Made by a program: the position numbers and the translations under genes. From assembly GCA_050293845.1 (NCBI GenBank), contig JBNKNM010000077.1, positions 1-23,122 of the forward strand: a stretch of 23,122 bases of DNA, in the 5' to 3' direction. A model generated the notes under the pieces. The model was not told where the DNA came from and made no database searches. It saw nothing but the letters and a program-made list of their open reading frames with translations. Of this stretch, positions 7,660 through 17,839 are shown one piece after another. Within the stretch, counting starts at the first letter, position 1. Each line of letters starts with the position of its first letter. This DNA is from Pseudobacteriovorax sp. (GTDB lineage Bacteria; Bdellovibrionota_B; Oligoflexia; Oligoflexales; Oligoflexaceae).

Positions 7660-9306
7660 CTAGTCTTTGGTCTTTCCCCATCGGTGCAGGGCATCTTCAA
7701 AGGTGGCAAACATATTGTCCTTGCCCACTAAGTTGATAATACCTGCCCTTGCTAATTTTGCCGTGACACGTTTGTTTGCCCCTGAGATGGCAATAATGAC
7801 GCCTCGTTTTTGAAGGTTGACTATGGTTTCTTGCAGTGTTTGCAGCCCAGTTATGTCAATAAAAGGTACCCACTTCAGTCTTATTATCAGCTGTTTAGGT
7901 ACCGTATGGGTAAATACGAGTGCTCTTTCAAAGTTGGTAACGGCTCCAAAAAAGAACGGTCCTTCTACAATAAAAACGAGCACATCATCGGGTAGGTTAT
8001 GGATGCCCTTATGGGAAAACTCATGGGCCAATTCCTCTTCTGTGATCTGACGGACTTCAACGCTAGAAGCCATTCTACCTAAAAAATGCAGTGTCGCTAG
8101 AATCACACCGATATTTACCGCTACCACCAAATCTGCGAATACAGTCAGAAATAAGGTGATCAGCAGAATGACAACATCAGCCCGCGGCGCCTGTCGGATC
8201 ATTCTCAGAACATGTTTAGCTTCGCCCATATTCCAGGCAACAACAAATAAAATAGCTGCTAGAGTGGCTAAGGGAATGTGGACAGCGAAAGGAGCTAGGA
8301 CAATTAAAACGACCACCAGAGTCAAGGAGTGAATGATCCCAGATAAGGGGCTGTTCCCTCCGTTTCTGACATTGGTGGCTGTCCGTGCTATAGCTCCGGT
8401 GGCAGCAATTCCACCAAAAAGAGGGGTGATGACGTTGGCAAGGCCTTGGCCAATAAGCTCTTGATTAGAATCATGACGGGTCCCCACCATGCCATCTGCA
8501 ACCACAGCCGATAGTAACGATTCAATAGCGCCTAGCATTGCGATGGTAAACGCAGGGGCGATGAGCTCAACAACCCTTGTCCACCCGATCTCAGGTAAGG
8601 AAAAAGAAGGCAGGCCTTGCGGAATACCACCAAAAGCGCTACCAATCGTACGTACCCCAGAGGGCTCAATCAGCAGTTGTACTAGAGTCCCCACTAGAAG
8701 TGCCGTCAGGGGGCCGGGAATCCGTTTTAGGCCGGGTGTCTTCGGACCAAATAGGATTAGCGCTAGCGATAGGGTAGCCAGGAGCGTTGTCGGCAGGTGC
8801 AGGTGCGGGAACTCCTGTATAAGGTAATAAAACTTGGTATGAAAGTGCCCGGCTGGAATCTCCGGTAGACCAAAGAAATCCTTCCATTGTCCTACCCAGA
8901 TAATGATGGCAATACCAGCCGTGAACCCTGTGATAACGGGATCAGGGATGAACTTGATCATGGACCCCATTTTAGTTAGGCCGAGAAGAAGCAGCATCAA
9001 ACCGGCAATGATCGTGGCAATCTGCAGGCCGTCGATACCATACTTTACGGTGATGCCTGAGAGAACAACAATGAAGGCACCAGTAGGGCCTGCAATTTGT
9101 ATGCGGCTGCCGCCGCAGGTCGAGACAAAAAAACCAGCTATGATTGCTGTGTAAATACCCTGCTCTGGTTTAGCTCCGGATGCTATAGCAAAGGCCATAG
9201 CAAGGGGTAGGGCGACCACGCCTACGATAGTGCCGGCGACGATGTTGCTAAGCCAATTTCTGGGGTGAAGTAAACCTGCTTTCTTTGCTTCTAAAAGTGC
9301 TATCAT
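7660..9306 (-). CDS. sulP: SulP/SLC26 family anion transporter with STAS domain (YchM/DauA-like)
   Basis: Motifs VGVVALPLAMAFAIASG, QIAGPTGAF, GAIESLLSAVVADGM, NQELIGQG and ATGAIARTATN; STAS motifs GPFFFGA and PFIDITG. Confidence 0.95.
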   Translation of the reverse strand: MIALLEAKKAGLLHPRNWLSNIVAGTIVGVVALPLAMAFAIASGAKPEQGIYTAIIAGFFVSTCGGSRIQIAGPTGAFIVVLSGITVKYGIDGLQIATIIAGLMLLLLGLTKMGSMIKFIPDPVITGFTAGIAIIIWVGQWKDFFGLPEIPAGHFHTKFYYLIQEFPHLHLPTTLLATLSLALILFGPKTPGLKRIPGPLTALLVGTLVQLLIEPSGVRTIGSAFGGIPQGLPSFSLPEIGWTRVVELIAPAFTIAMLGAIESLLSAVVADGMVGTRHDSNQELIGQGLANVITPLFGGIAATGAIARTATNVRNGGNSPLSGIIHSLTLVVVLIVLAPFAVHIPLATLAAILFVVAWNMGEAKHVLRMIRQAPRADVVILLITLFLTVFADLVVAVNIGVILATLHFLGRMASSVEVRQITEEELAHEFSHKGIHNLPDDVLVFIVEGPFFFGAVTNFERALVFTHTVPKQLIIRLKWVPFIDITGLQTLQETIVNLQKRGVIIAISGANKRVTAKLARAGIINLVGKDNMFATFEDALHRWGKTKD

Positions 9307-9446
9307 ACCTATCCTGTCTGATACAGTTCTAGTTAATATTATCTCGATTCGTCAAAAAATCTACTCGACCCTAAAGGACTGAGTAGTTCACCGGGCAGTT
9401 AAAACGAAGTGTCAAAATAGGGTTCGTATAAGATCAGATCTAAATT

Positions 9447-12308
9447 TTACACCTTACCGCCCACTTTCAAAAGAATGGGTTTTCCAAGACCAAGTCGTCC
9501 CAGTCTATTCAACTGGGTTTTGGCATCCCCCACTACAATGTAGTCTATATTCTTGGGATTTAGGTAGGTCCCTATAATTTTTTGAACGTCCGAACGCTTT
9601 AAATCTAAAAGATTATTTTGGATGAGGAGGAATTCATCCTCATCCATTTCAAAGAGGCTCAGTTCCCGCAATAGATTAAGCCTACTGTCCCCCGCCTCGT
9701 ATTTAATAGCCTTATTCTTAACCAACATGTTTTTGGTGACGGTAAGATCCTCACCAGAAAAATCCTTAGCATAATTTTTAAGTATTTTTTGAATTTCTTG
9801 TAAGGACTCCAGGGTAACATTGCTTCTCACGCTGGTACTTAGCATCCAGGGGCTTTGAAAAGGTGCCTTAGTATGGTAGGATCCTGCGCCGTAGGTATAC
9901 CCCTTCTGGATTCTCAATACCTGAGCCAGCCGAGCACTCATGCCTCCACCAATCCTTTGATTCGCGAATACAATATTTTCGAAGTCTCTATGATTGCCAT
10001 CCACTCCTGGTATGCGCCCGATAATCACCGACTGCTTAGAGCCTGGTACATCGATGAAATACACCTGAGCCTTACCGTCGGGTTTAATTAGTGGTAGTTC
10101 AAAGTTAACGGCTGTACCTCTGGGGATATCCCGCCATCGACCACTTAGGCTTTTCTGAATTCGATCTATAGTCACTGCACCCACTGCATGGAAGTGAATT
10201 CTGGCTCCCACCAAATGCTGGGACCATAGAGAAGTTAAATCCTTTACAGTTAGTGCCTTTACCGTCTCTTTTGAACCTAAACTATCTTGATATAGTGGGT
10301 GATTTTTATTGTAGGTAATCTGTCTTGTGGTCTTTCTTGCAATGGCAAGGGGCGATCCATAGCTCTGGACGATGGCAGCAAGCTGCTTCCTTTTGACTTT
10401 AGCAAGGGTTTTAGAATCAAACCGAGGTTGAAAAACCATATCTTCAATGACGGCCATTGTCTCTTCAAAATTTTCTGCTAAAGTGTATCCCGAAATTTCA
10501 ATCTGATGATTATCAACCGAAACATCTATCTTAGCACCCAGCTGTTTTACAATTTTTTCGAAGGTCGCGCTATCTAAGGTCTCACTACCTTCTGACAAGA
10601 CGGCTACTAACGCTTCAGCCGCACCAGCTTGATTTTTCTTTAATATATATTGCCCCCCGTCCCATGTGATTGAAAAGTTGACTAGGGGCACCTCATCATC
10701 TTGAAATAAATAAATTTCAGTACCATTGGTTTCTTTTACTTTTTGAAGCTTTGGTAGGGTAAACGCAAACTTGCCGCTGAGGGGCGGTTCGTTCCTGGGG
10801 AAGGAAGAAGGTGATTTCTTATACTTCATCATCGACGGCATATAAACTTTTTCAGCGCCTATGACAATAGGCTCTTCCTTGATCGCTGCACGCACCGATC
10901 CTGTCAGTACTAAATCTGGGTTGCTTCTAGGAACAAAGCTTGTTGCAAGATAGGGCTTTCCTTCGATGTATTTAGTAAATACCCTCTTTATGTCAACAGG
11001 TGTCACTGCCTCAATATTCTTTAACTGTTGGTTGAAATACAAAGGATCTTGGAAGTATTCGTTGCTAGTTGCTAGCATACGAGCTTTCCCCAGTACAGTA
11101 GACATTTGCGCGTACATTTTGGCAATTTCAGCAACTTTGATCGCTTCTAGATCTGAGTTACTAACTATACCAGCGACAAACTGATCTAAAGACGAACGAA
11201 AGGAGCTATAAATCTTATCAAGAGGAATCTTATCACTGGCACGCACGGTAAACACAAACTCTCCTGCAATTTCGGAAGAATCATGGGAGGCTGTAATGAA
11301 AGCGGCCATTTTTTCTTGTTCGACAATGGTTTTGTAAATGGGAGATTGTTTGCTGCTCAGGATCTCGCCCAGTATATCTAGTGCAGCGCTATCCTTGGAT
11401 TTACTATCAACGGTGGGAAAGACAATTCTCATCTCTGGCAACTTTGCAAAATTATCCAGATGATATAGCTTCTTCGAATTCTTTAGTTTCACAAGATTTC
11501 GTTCAGGAAGGGGTACCTCTGGCCCGCGTTTAATCTCCCCAAACCATTTGTGTACTAGTTTTTTGGTTTTTTCAATTTCAATATCACCAGCAATAACGAA
11601 GGTTACATTGTTAGGGACATAGTACTTATGATAAAATTCTTTTACATCCTCAAGGGTTGCATTTTGAAGATCTTCAAGCTCTCCAATTACGGGCCAACTG
11701 TAGGGATGACCTTCTGGATATAATGCTTTTGCGATAACAGTTCCAGTATGACCATAAGGTCGATTATCAACGCGCTGACGCTTCTCATTCTTTACGACTT
11801 GTTTTTCATTTTCCAACTCATTTTTAGCTACAGTATTTATCATGTAGCCAAGTCGATCAGAATCAATCCAAAGTAGTTTCTCAAAAGCATCTTTTGGAAC
11901 AACTTCGTAATATATAGTCCCATCGCGCCAGGTCCCCCCATTGCGAATCCCCCCTAGTTCGGGAATATACTTTCGATTGGAACCTCGCGGTACATTCTCA
12001 GAATCCTTAAACGACATATGTTCAAAGAAATGAGCGAATCCGGTGCGCCCCTTCTTTTCACGATTAGAGCCAACGTGAACCATCGTCGTCAAGGCTACGA
12101 TTGGATCAGACGTATCGCGATGTAGTATGACCTCTAGGCCGTTGTCTAAAGAAAACTTATGGATATCTAATTTGATTTCTTTGGTCTTATTAGAGGTAAC
12201 GGCTCCACGAACCGGCTCATCCATCCATTGAGTACAGGAAGCGCTTTGCAACGAAAGTAAACCAACTGCCATACCCAGGGATAGTTGTTTAAAGTTATAG
12301 CTAAACAT
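9447..12308 (-). CDS. M16 family (pitrilysin/PqqL-like) zinc metallopeptidase, exported, possibly a lipoprotein
   Basis: Inverted zincin motif HFFEH, 'LDNGLEVI', 'EKQVVKNEKRQ', 'GHPYSWPVIG' and a C-terminal 'LRIQKGYTYGA'. Signal peptide ends near 'SASC'. Start set at ATG 12308 because of the SD GAGGA; the ORF track start is 12332. Confidence 0.93.
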   Translation of the reverse strand: MFSYNFKQLSLGMAVGLLSLQSASCTQWMDEPVRGAVTSNKTKEIKLDIHKFSLDNGLEVILHRDTSDPIVALTTMVHVGSNREKKGRTGFAHFFEHMSFKDSENVPRGSNRKYIPELGGIRNGGTWRDGTIYYEVVPKDAFEKLLWIDSDRLGYMINTVAKNELENEKQVVKNEKRQRVDNRPYGHTGTVIAKALYPEGHPYSWPVIGELEDLQNATLEDVKEFYHKYYVPNNVTFVIAGDIEIEKTKKLVHKWFGEIKRGPEVPLPERNLVKLKNSKKLYHLDNFAKLPEMRIVFPTVDSKSKDSAALDILGEILSSKQSPIYKTIVEQEKMAAFITASHDSSEIAGEFVFTVRASDKIPLDKIYSSFRSSLDQFVAGIVSNSDLEAIKVAEIAKMYAQMSTVLGKARMLATSNEYFQDPLYFNQQLKNIEAVTPVDIKRVFTKYIEGKPYLATSFVPRSNPDLVLTGSVRAAIKEEPIVIGAEKVYMPSMMKYKKSPSSFPRNEPPLSGKFAFTLPKLQKVKETNGTEIYLFQDDEVPLVNFSITWDGGQYILKKNQAGAAEALVAVLSEGSETLDSATFEKIVKQLGAKIDVSVDNHQIEISGYTLAENFEETMAVIEDMVFQPRFDSKTLAKVKRKQLAAIVQSYGSPLAIARKTTRQITYNKNHPLYQDSLGSKETVKALTVKDLTSLWSQHLVGARIHFHAVGAVTIDRIQKSLSGRWRDIPRGTAVNFELPLIKPDGKAQVYFIDVPGSKQSVIIGRIPGVDGNHRDFENIVFANQRIGGGMSARLAQVLRIQKGYTYGAGSYHTKAPFQSPWMLSTSVRSNVTLESLQEIQKILKNYAKDFSGEDLTVTKNMLVKNKAIKYEAGDSRLNLLRELSLFEMDEDEFLLIQNNLLDLKRSDVQKIIGTYLNPKNIDYIVVGDAKTQLNRLGRLGLGKPILLKVGGKV

Positions 12309-12705
12309 AGATTCCTCGCTATCGATTTCCATATTTCCGGCCTAAGATACCACGTCTACAACTGATTGTTATTAGTTTCTGAAGCTTCCTGCTACGCCGG
12401 GAAGGACTGGTGGACTCTCTACTGATCCTCTTTCCGCGGTTTATTCCCTGTCAATGTAGTGTTGGGACTTATAGCTCTCCAATTTGAGCCACTTTTTCTA
12501 GCTTTCTCAGCCATTATTGTATATAGGATTCGAGGGATAAGTCTCCTATTAATTAGGGGGCTAAAGAGACCTATATTCAAGGCTCATAAGAAGTGCCGTA
12601 AAAGGTTTCTGGTTCTCACTACTTTTGTAGTATAGAGTAACAAGTCATAACTATTGTTCCGCTCCGAAGTCGGATTAATATGTGGAGTTGATGCAGAGGA
12701 TGTAT

Positions 12706-13935
12706 ATGAGGATTGGCATTAGCGCTTTGTTTGTTGTGTTATTCTTTGGAGCAGGCGAAACAGTCTCCGCCTTGTCTCTAGAATCTGCTTATGAACAAGT
12801 CAAAGCTCGTTACTATACGGTGCAAAACGCTCGTCTTGATATTTCAATTGCTAACTATCAGAAAGAGATCGCAAAATCGAGCCTGTGGCCTCAGATCACG
12901 GCAAGTGGTAATCTGTATGAGTTAAGAAATTTCAACAGTGATTTTAACAGTTCCACCCGCTCCGCAGGCCTACTTTTGACACAAAGTATATACAAGGGGG
13001 GAGCGCTTCAAGAGGCTATTAAGCAACTGGAGCAGGTGGTAGAGTTAAGGAGGGCCAGTGAATCTGTAGCACTACTATCTCTTTATGAAAGCGTAGCGAA
13101 CCTATATTTTCAAACCCTGACTGCCAGTAGTCTTATCGACAATTATGAAGAACAGTTAAGAGCTCTTAAAAAACGAATTACTATTATTTCCAATAGAACT
13201 AAGATAGGTAAAAGTAAAACTACAGACCTTATAGCGGCTAGGGTCCAAGAAGCTCGGGTTGCAGCCCAGATAACTGCAGCTAAAGGTTCTCTAGATGCAT
13301 ATAAAATGCAACTCGCTACTTTTTTGGGAACCTCTATAAGATCCCAAAACCTATTTTATCAAAATAGGAAATATCAAATCCCTCATACCTGGCTGTCAAA
13401 ATTGGATAGTCACCCTTTAGTTATCTCAAAGCGGCAGCAAATCAAAATTCAAAGTCAAGAACAGGCGCTGCTCGCAAGTTCCTATAAGCCTTCCCTTGAC
13501 CTAAATCTCGGCTATACTCCATTCCATAATGAGGAAAACTATCGACAAAGCTGGAGTGCCCAACTACAAGCGACCTGGGAGATATATTCTGGCGGCGAGA
13601 CTAAAGCCTTATCAATGGTTTCAAAGCTAGAGGAATCCAAGCTAACAAACGAATTGAAATATGTAGAACTTACTCTAAAAAATCAATTCATTTCCCGACG
13701 TGATCAACTAAGGCTAGGTCAAAAAGAGCAGGGGAAGCTTAAAGAAGCTGTGGCTTTGGCAAAGCGTAGTTACGAAATACATCAAAGGGAATACGATACT
13801 GGGTTAGTTTCAGTGTTAGATGTTCTACGGTCTTTGGAGGATTATCTTATTTTAAAACAGGCTCTAAGCGCAAAGACATATGAAAATGGGCTTTTGTTTC
13901 ATCAACTAAAAAGCCTCGTAGGGGATATTCCATGA
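12706..13935 (+). CDS. TolC family outer membrane factor
   Basis: Signal peptide and two OEP-like repeats ('SLWPQITASG', 'YKPSLDL', 'WEIYSGG', 'YDTGLVSVLDVL'). ATG 12706 follows SD AGAGGA; the ORF track start is 12682. ATGA overlap with the RND gene. Confidence 0.88.
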   Translation: MRIGISALFVVLFFGAGETVSALSLESAYEQVKARYYTVQNARLDISIANYQKEIAKSSLWPQITASGNLYELRNFNSDFNSSTRSAGLLLTQSIYKGGALQEAIKQLEQVVELRRASESVALLSLYESVANLYFQTLTASSLIDNYEEQLRALKKRITIISNRTKIGKSKTTDLIAARVQEARVAAQITAAKGSLDAYKMQLATFLGTSIRSQNLFYQNRKYQIPHTWLSKLDSHPLVISKRQQIKIQSQEQALLASSYKPSLDLNLGYTPFHNEENYRQSWSAQLQATWEIYSGGETKALSMVSKLEESKLTNELKYVELTLKNQFISRRDQLRLGQKEQGKLKEAVALAKRSYEIHQREYDTGLVSVLDVLRSLEDYLILKQALSAKTYENGLLFHQLKSLVGDIP

Positions 13936-16900
13936 GCCTATCTGAAATTTCCATTCGCCGTCCTGTTTTTGCATGGGTATTAATGTTTGGGTTGATATTC
14001 TTCGGATTGCTATCCTTCTCTCAAATGGGAATAAATGAAAACCCAGATGTTGACTACCCCAGTGTTAGGATTAGTTATGCCTACGAAGGTGCCACTCCCG
14101 CAGTGGTTGAAAAAGATATCATCGAAACAGTTGAGAGCTACTTAGTAAGTATTCAGGGTATTCGCAATATTAGTTCTACCGCTCAGCGAGGGGTTGCCAA
14201 CATCGAAGTCGAATTCGAGTTGTCACGCAATATTGACTTTGCGCTGCAGGAAATACAAACAGTGCTAGGGCGGGCTCAAAGAGGTTTGCCTGACAGCCTT
14301 GATGCACCTGTGGTTACTAAATCCAATGCTGCCGATGAGCCCGTAATGTTTGCATCTCTCTATTCAGATAAATTGAACCAAAGAGAGCTAATGGTTCTTT
14401 TTAGGGATCGAGTCCGAGATCGTCTCAGCACTGTGACCGGCGTCGCTGAAATTAGAGCTTTTGGTTACCATAATCCTATTTTACGCGTAGATTTAATTCC
14501 AGAGAAGCTCCAATACTTTCAGCTAACAGCACAAGATATCGTTGATTCCATCCGTAGAGAACATCGTGAACTACCAGCGGGAAAGTTTGAATATAAGGCC
14601 GATGAATCACTCATAAGAATAATGGGAGAAATTAAAGATCCCGAAGCGTTTAAATATATCATCATTTCGCGCCGTGGGGGTCAGCCAAACTTTGCAACAA
14701 TCTATTTAAAAGATGTGGCAAATGTATATGAAGGTATTGAGAACCTGCGACGACTTTCTCGCATTAATGGTAAAAATGCAATGGGTATGGCATTGCAAAA
14801 ACAAAATGGTGAAAATGCCGTCGATGTCGCTGATAATCTCTATGAGCGCATAGCTGAAATTAATAAAGAATTAAGCCCTGATGCCGGAATGATGGTTAAT
14901 TTCGATCGAACGCAATTTGTGAGAGAAAGCGTAGACGAATTGATGTTTACCCTAGGGCTATCGGCGATCTTAACTTCGATTGTGTGTTGGTTTTTTCTAG
15001 GGTCTTGGTCGGCGACAAGTAATATTTTACTGGCTATTCCCACGTCAATTATCGGTACATTTATAATAATACACGCTTTAGGTTTTACGCTAAACACATT
15101 CTCTTTATTGGGGCTAGCTTTGGCGATTGGTGTGGTCGTTGATGACGCGATTATTATGCTTGAAAATATTACTCGCTATATGCAAATGGGATATGATCGG
15201 GTGCAGGCGGCTTTTAAGGGAGCGAAAGAAATTACATTCGCTATAATTGCTACTAGTCTTGCTTTGATCGCGATATTTATTCCTATCACGTTCATGGAAG
15301 GCATTGAAGGGCGCTTCTTTTGGGAATTTGCAGTCACCATTTCCGTAGCTGTAGCACTTTCTTCCCTGGAAGCACTGACGCTGGCTCCTATGCGGTGCTC
15401 TCAATTTCTATCCATTCAGAAGAAAAGAAGCTGGTTAGGACGGAACTTCGAGAATTTTTTAGAATGGTTGAAGCGGCGCTACAGTAGCAGCCTTACCACA
15501 GCACTGCGTTTTAAAAAACTTGTGATATTAGGGTCGCTATTGTTTGTAGTAGGAGCATTTTACATGGTAAAGCTTCTACCATCAGAATTTGCTCCCGCTC
15601 AAGATCGCTCTGTTATTTTTACAATATTTTTGGCCCCAGACGGTCGGTCGATGGATTACACCAGCGAAAAAATATCACAGTTTGAAAAAATAGCATTGGC
15701 GCATCCAGCTGTAGAACGAACGTTTGTGGCTATTGGGGGTTTCGGGCAAGGAGGGCAAGGGAACCGTGGCAATGGAGTCCTTATTTTAAAAAAGCCTCAT
15801 GAACGAGAGTTAGGAATTGCGGCTGTTAGTGAAGAGTTAAGAGCCCAGGCGAAAGCCATAGATGGTCTCAAGGTGATTTTGAGAGATCGCTTTGGGAGTG
15901 CTATTGGGGGTCGTAGAGGAAGTCCTGTGGAGTTCACTGTGAACGGCCCGGATACTGAAGAGCAGAAACGGTTTTTTGAATTGATGCAGAAGGAAATGCA
16001 AGACACTGGACTTATGGTAGGCGTTCGTTCCAATGACGTCCGTGAATTACCCGAAGTCCGCTTGGTTCCCAATCGAAAAAAGGCCATTGCAAGAGGTGTT
16101 GAAATAGCTGAAATCACCAATACCATCAATGCAACATTGGGGGGAATTGTAGTTGCTCAGTATACTGAGGGTAGCCGGCGTTACGATATATTTCTTCAAC
16201 TCGCAGAAGAGAATCGTCAGTCAACAGCAGATTTAAAGCCAATTTTAGTGCGTAATAATCGAGGTGAACTTATTCCTATTACTGAGGTAGTCGATGTCGA
16301 AAACCACATGGGACCAGAAAGTATTTTTAGGGAAGATCGTGTCCGGGGAATTAGAGTTGATAGTTCACTTGCTAAAGGGGCCTCCCAAGGAGAGGCGATT
16401 AAAGCTGTCCGCGCCATAGCTGATAAAATTTTACCTGATAAATATTATATTCGTTTTTCTGATACCCCTGATGACAAGATCCTAAGTATTGTATTTATTA
16501 TGATTTTAGGATTGATAATTGCCTACATGGTTCTAGCAAGTCAGTTTAATTCCTTTATGGACCCCTTTATTGTCTATCTTGCAGTTCCATTTGGTCTTAT
16601 TGGATCTATAGCTGCATTGATATTGGGCGGACAAACCCTAAATGTCTACAGTGTTATAGGTATGCTCTTAACCATGGGTATTGTCATGAAGAATTCGATT
16701 CTATTAGTTGAATTCACAAACCAATTGCGCGATGAAGGTAAGAGTCTTAAGGATGCATTGGGGGAAGCTTGCCCGATTCGCTTGCGACCTATATTGATGA
16801 CCACTACAGCCACTTTGGCAGCAGCAATGCCGGCAGCATTCGCCTTTGGGCCAGGAAATGAGACTAGGATTCCTATGGCCCTCACAGTATTGGGTGGAGT

Positions 16901-16994
16901 AAGCCTATCTACGGTCTTTACATTATATGTAGTGCCTTGTGTGTTTCTTGGATTGAATCCTAAAAGGCGGAAACAACTTAAGTTTGAAGAATAA
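13932..16994 (+). CDS. RND efflux permease, AcrB/AcrD/AcrF (HAE1) family
   Basis: 'SIRRPVFA', TM4 'GVVVDDAIIMLENI', 'LTLAPM', TM10 'GIVMKNSILLVEF', TM11 'RLRPILMTT' and 'TLYVVP'; 1020 aa. Confidence 0.95.
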   Translation: MSLSEISIRRPVFAWVLMFGLIFFGLLSFSQMGINENPDVDYPSVRISYAYEGATPAVVEKDIIETVESYLVSIQGIRNISSTAQRGVANIEVEFELSRNIDFALQEIQTVLGRAQRGLPDSLDAPVVTKSNAADEPVMFASLYSDKLNQRELMVLFRDRVRDRLSTVTGVAEIRAFGYHNPILRVDLIPEKLQYFQLTAQDIVDSIRREHRELPAGKFEYKADESLIRIMGEIKDPEAFKYIIISRRGGQPNFATIYLKDVANVYEGIENLRRLSRINGKNAMGMALQKQNGENAVDVADNLYERIAEINKELSPDAGMMVNFDRTQFVRESVDELMFTLGLSAILTSIVCWFFLGSWSATSNILLAIPTSIIGTFIIIHALGFTLNTFSLLGLALAIGVVVDDAIIMLENITRYMQMGYDRVQAAFKGAKEITFAIIATSLALIAIFIPITFMEGIEGRFFWEFAVTISVAVALSSLEALTLAPMRCSQFLSIQKKRSWLGRNFENFLEWLKRRYSSSLTTALRFKKLVILGSLLFVVGAFYMVKLLPSEFAPAQDRSVIFTIFLAPDGRSMDYTSEKISQFEKIALAHPAVERTFVAIGGFGQGGQGNRGNGVLILKKPHERELGIAAVSEELRAQAKAIDGLKVILRDRFGSAIGGRRGSPVEFTVNGPDTEEQKRFFELMQKEMQDTGLMVGVRSNDVRELPEVRLVPNRKKAIARGVEIAEITNTINATLGGIVVAQYTEGSRRYDIFLQLAEENRQSTADLKPILVRNNRGELIPITEVVDVENHMGPESIFREDRVRGIRVDSSLAKGASQGEAIKAVRAIADKILPDKYYIRFSDTPDDKILSIVFIMILGLIIAYMVLASQFNSFMDPFIVYLAVPFGLIGSIAALILGGQTLNVYSVIGMLLTMGIVMKNSILLVEFTNQLRDEGKSLKDALGEACPIRLRPILMTTTATLAAAMPAAFAFGPGNETRIPMALTVLGGVSLSTVFTLYVVPCVFLGLNPKRRKQLKFEE

Positions 16995-17010
16995 GAGAGT
17001 CTGGGTCGAA

Positions 17011-17031
17011 TTGGGAGATTAACTCTCCCAA
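17011..17031. terminator. Hairpin between convergent genes, possible terminator
   Basis: TTGGGAGA-TTAAC-TCTCCCAA begins 17 nt after the RND stop. There is no clear U-tract on either strand. Confidence 0.45.
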
Positions 17032-17136
17032 AGTCCCCGCAGATCCGTGCGAGCAGGTCATTTCCTTGTAACTCTGGGTTGATTTAATAGTATCAAAGCA
17101 ACTTGTTCTTTAGAGATACTATTCAGCATCGTAATG

Positions 17137-17154
17137 GTATTCTTTAAAGAATAC
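17137..17154. repeat. Perfect 18-bp palindrome just downstream of the TetR stop
   Basis: GTATTCTTTAAAGAATAC is self-complementary. Confidence 0.6.
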
Positions 17155-17164
17155 TCGAAATATT

Positions 17165-17812
17165 CTAGTCGGTTTTAAGAAGTTTTGCATTTATCTCTTT
17201 ATGGTTCGCCTTTAAATGACTCAATACTGCGATAACCATCTCGGTTGCTAACTTATCTTTCAAATCCTCATTAAATTTTGATGGTGCCACGCTACATGCC
17301 ATTTTATAGAACTGTGTTGTCGTAAACATGGCCTCATGGGCAAGGTAACTGAGAATTACATGGGATGCCCAATTTGCGGCTGCATCCCCCAATCCGGGAA
17401 TTTCGCGATGCAGTGCAGCAATATAGGTAGATTGTCCGGGGAGGCAAATTTCTGAGGTTTCTGTATAAATTCGGGTCAATAGGTCTGTGTGATCCTCGCC
17501 AGATAGAAAGATAGTAAAACCATTACGAAACTCGTCAGAATGATCTGCAAAAATCTGCCTTATTCTGAGAGCAAATGTAAGGGCGTCGGTCTTGCCATCA
17601 TCGGCGGCTTTAACTTTACTGTTGAATAGCATCTTGGCCTGAGCCAGAATTGCTCCGAATAGCCCATCCTTGTTCTTAAAATGGTAATTAACAGCAGACA
17701 GATTTACGTCTGCTTGCTTTGCAATATCACGAATAGACACACCATGAAATCCGCTGGTGGCGAAGAGCTCACCAGCTGTTTTCAGAATTTTTTCTTTGGT
17801 GTCATCTGCCAC
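17165..17812 (-). CDS. TetR/AcrR family transcriptional regulator
   Basis: 'TKEKILKTAGELFATSGFHGVSIRDIAKQADVNLSAVNYHFKNKDGLF' is a TetR HTH. GTG start with SD GGAG; last gene of the tolC-RND-tetR operon. Confidence 0.95.
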   Translation of the reverse strand: MADDTKEKILKTAGELFATSGFHGVSIRDIAKQADVNLSAVNYHFKNKDGLFGAILAQAKMLFNSKVKAADDGKTDALTFALRIRQIFADHSDEFRNGFTIFLSGEDHTDLLTRIYTETSEICLPGQSTYIAALHREIPGLGDAAANWASHVILSYLAHEAMFTTTQFYKMACSVAPSKFNEDLKDKLATEMVIAVLSHLKANHKEINAKLLKTD

Positions 17813-17839
17813 ACGGACTCTCCTGGAAAAATATGAATT

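Noticed and set aside
9421..9448. GGTTCGTATAA resembles a XerC arm of dif
   Set aside because: No XerD arm (TTATGTTAAAT) follows at 6-8 nt spacing.
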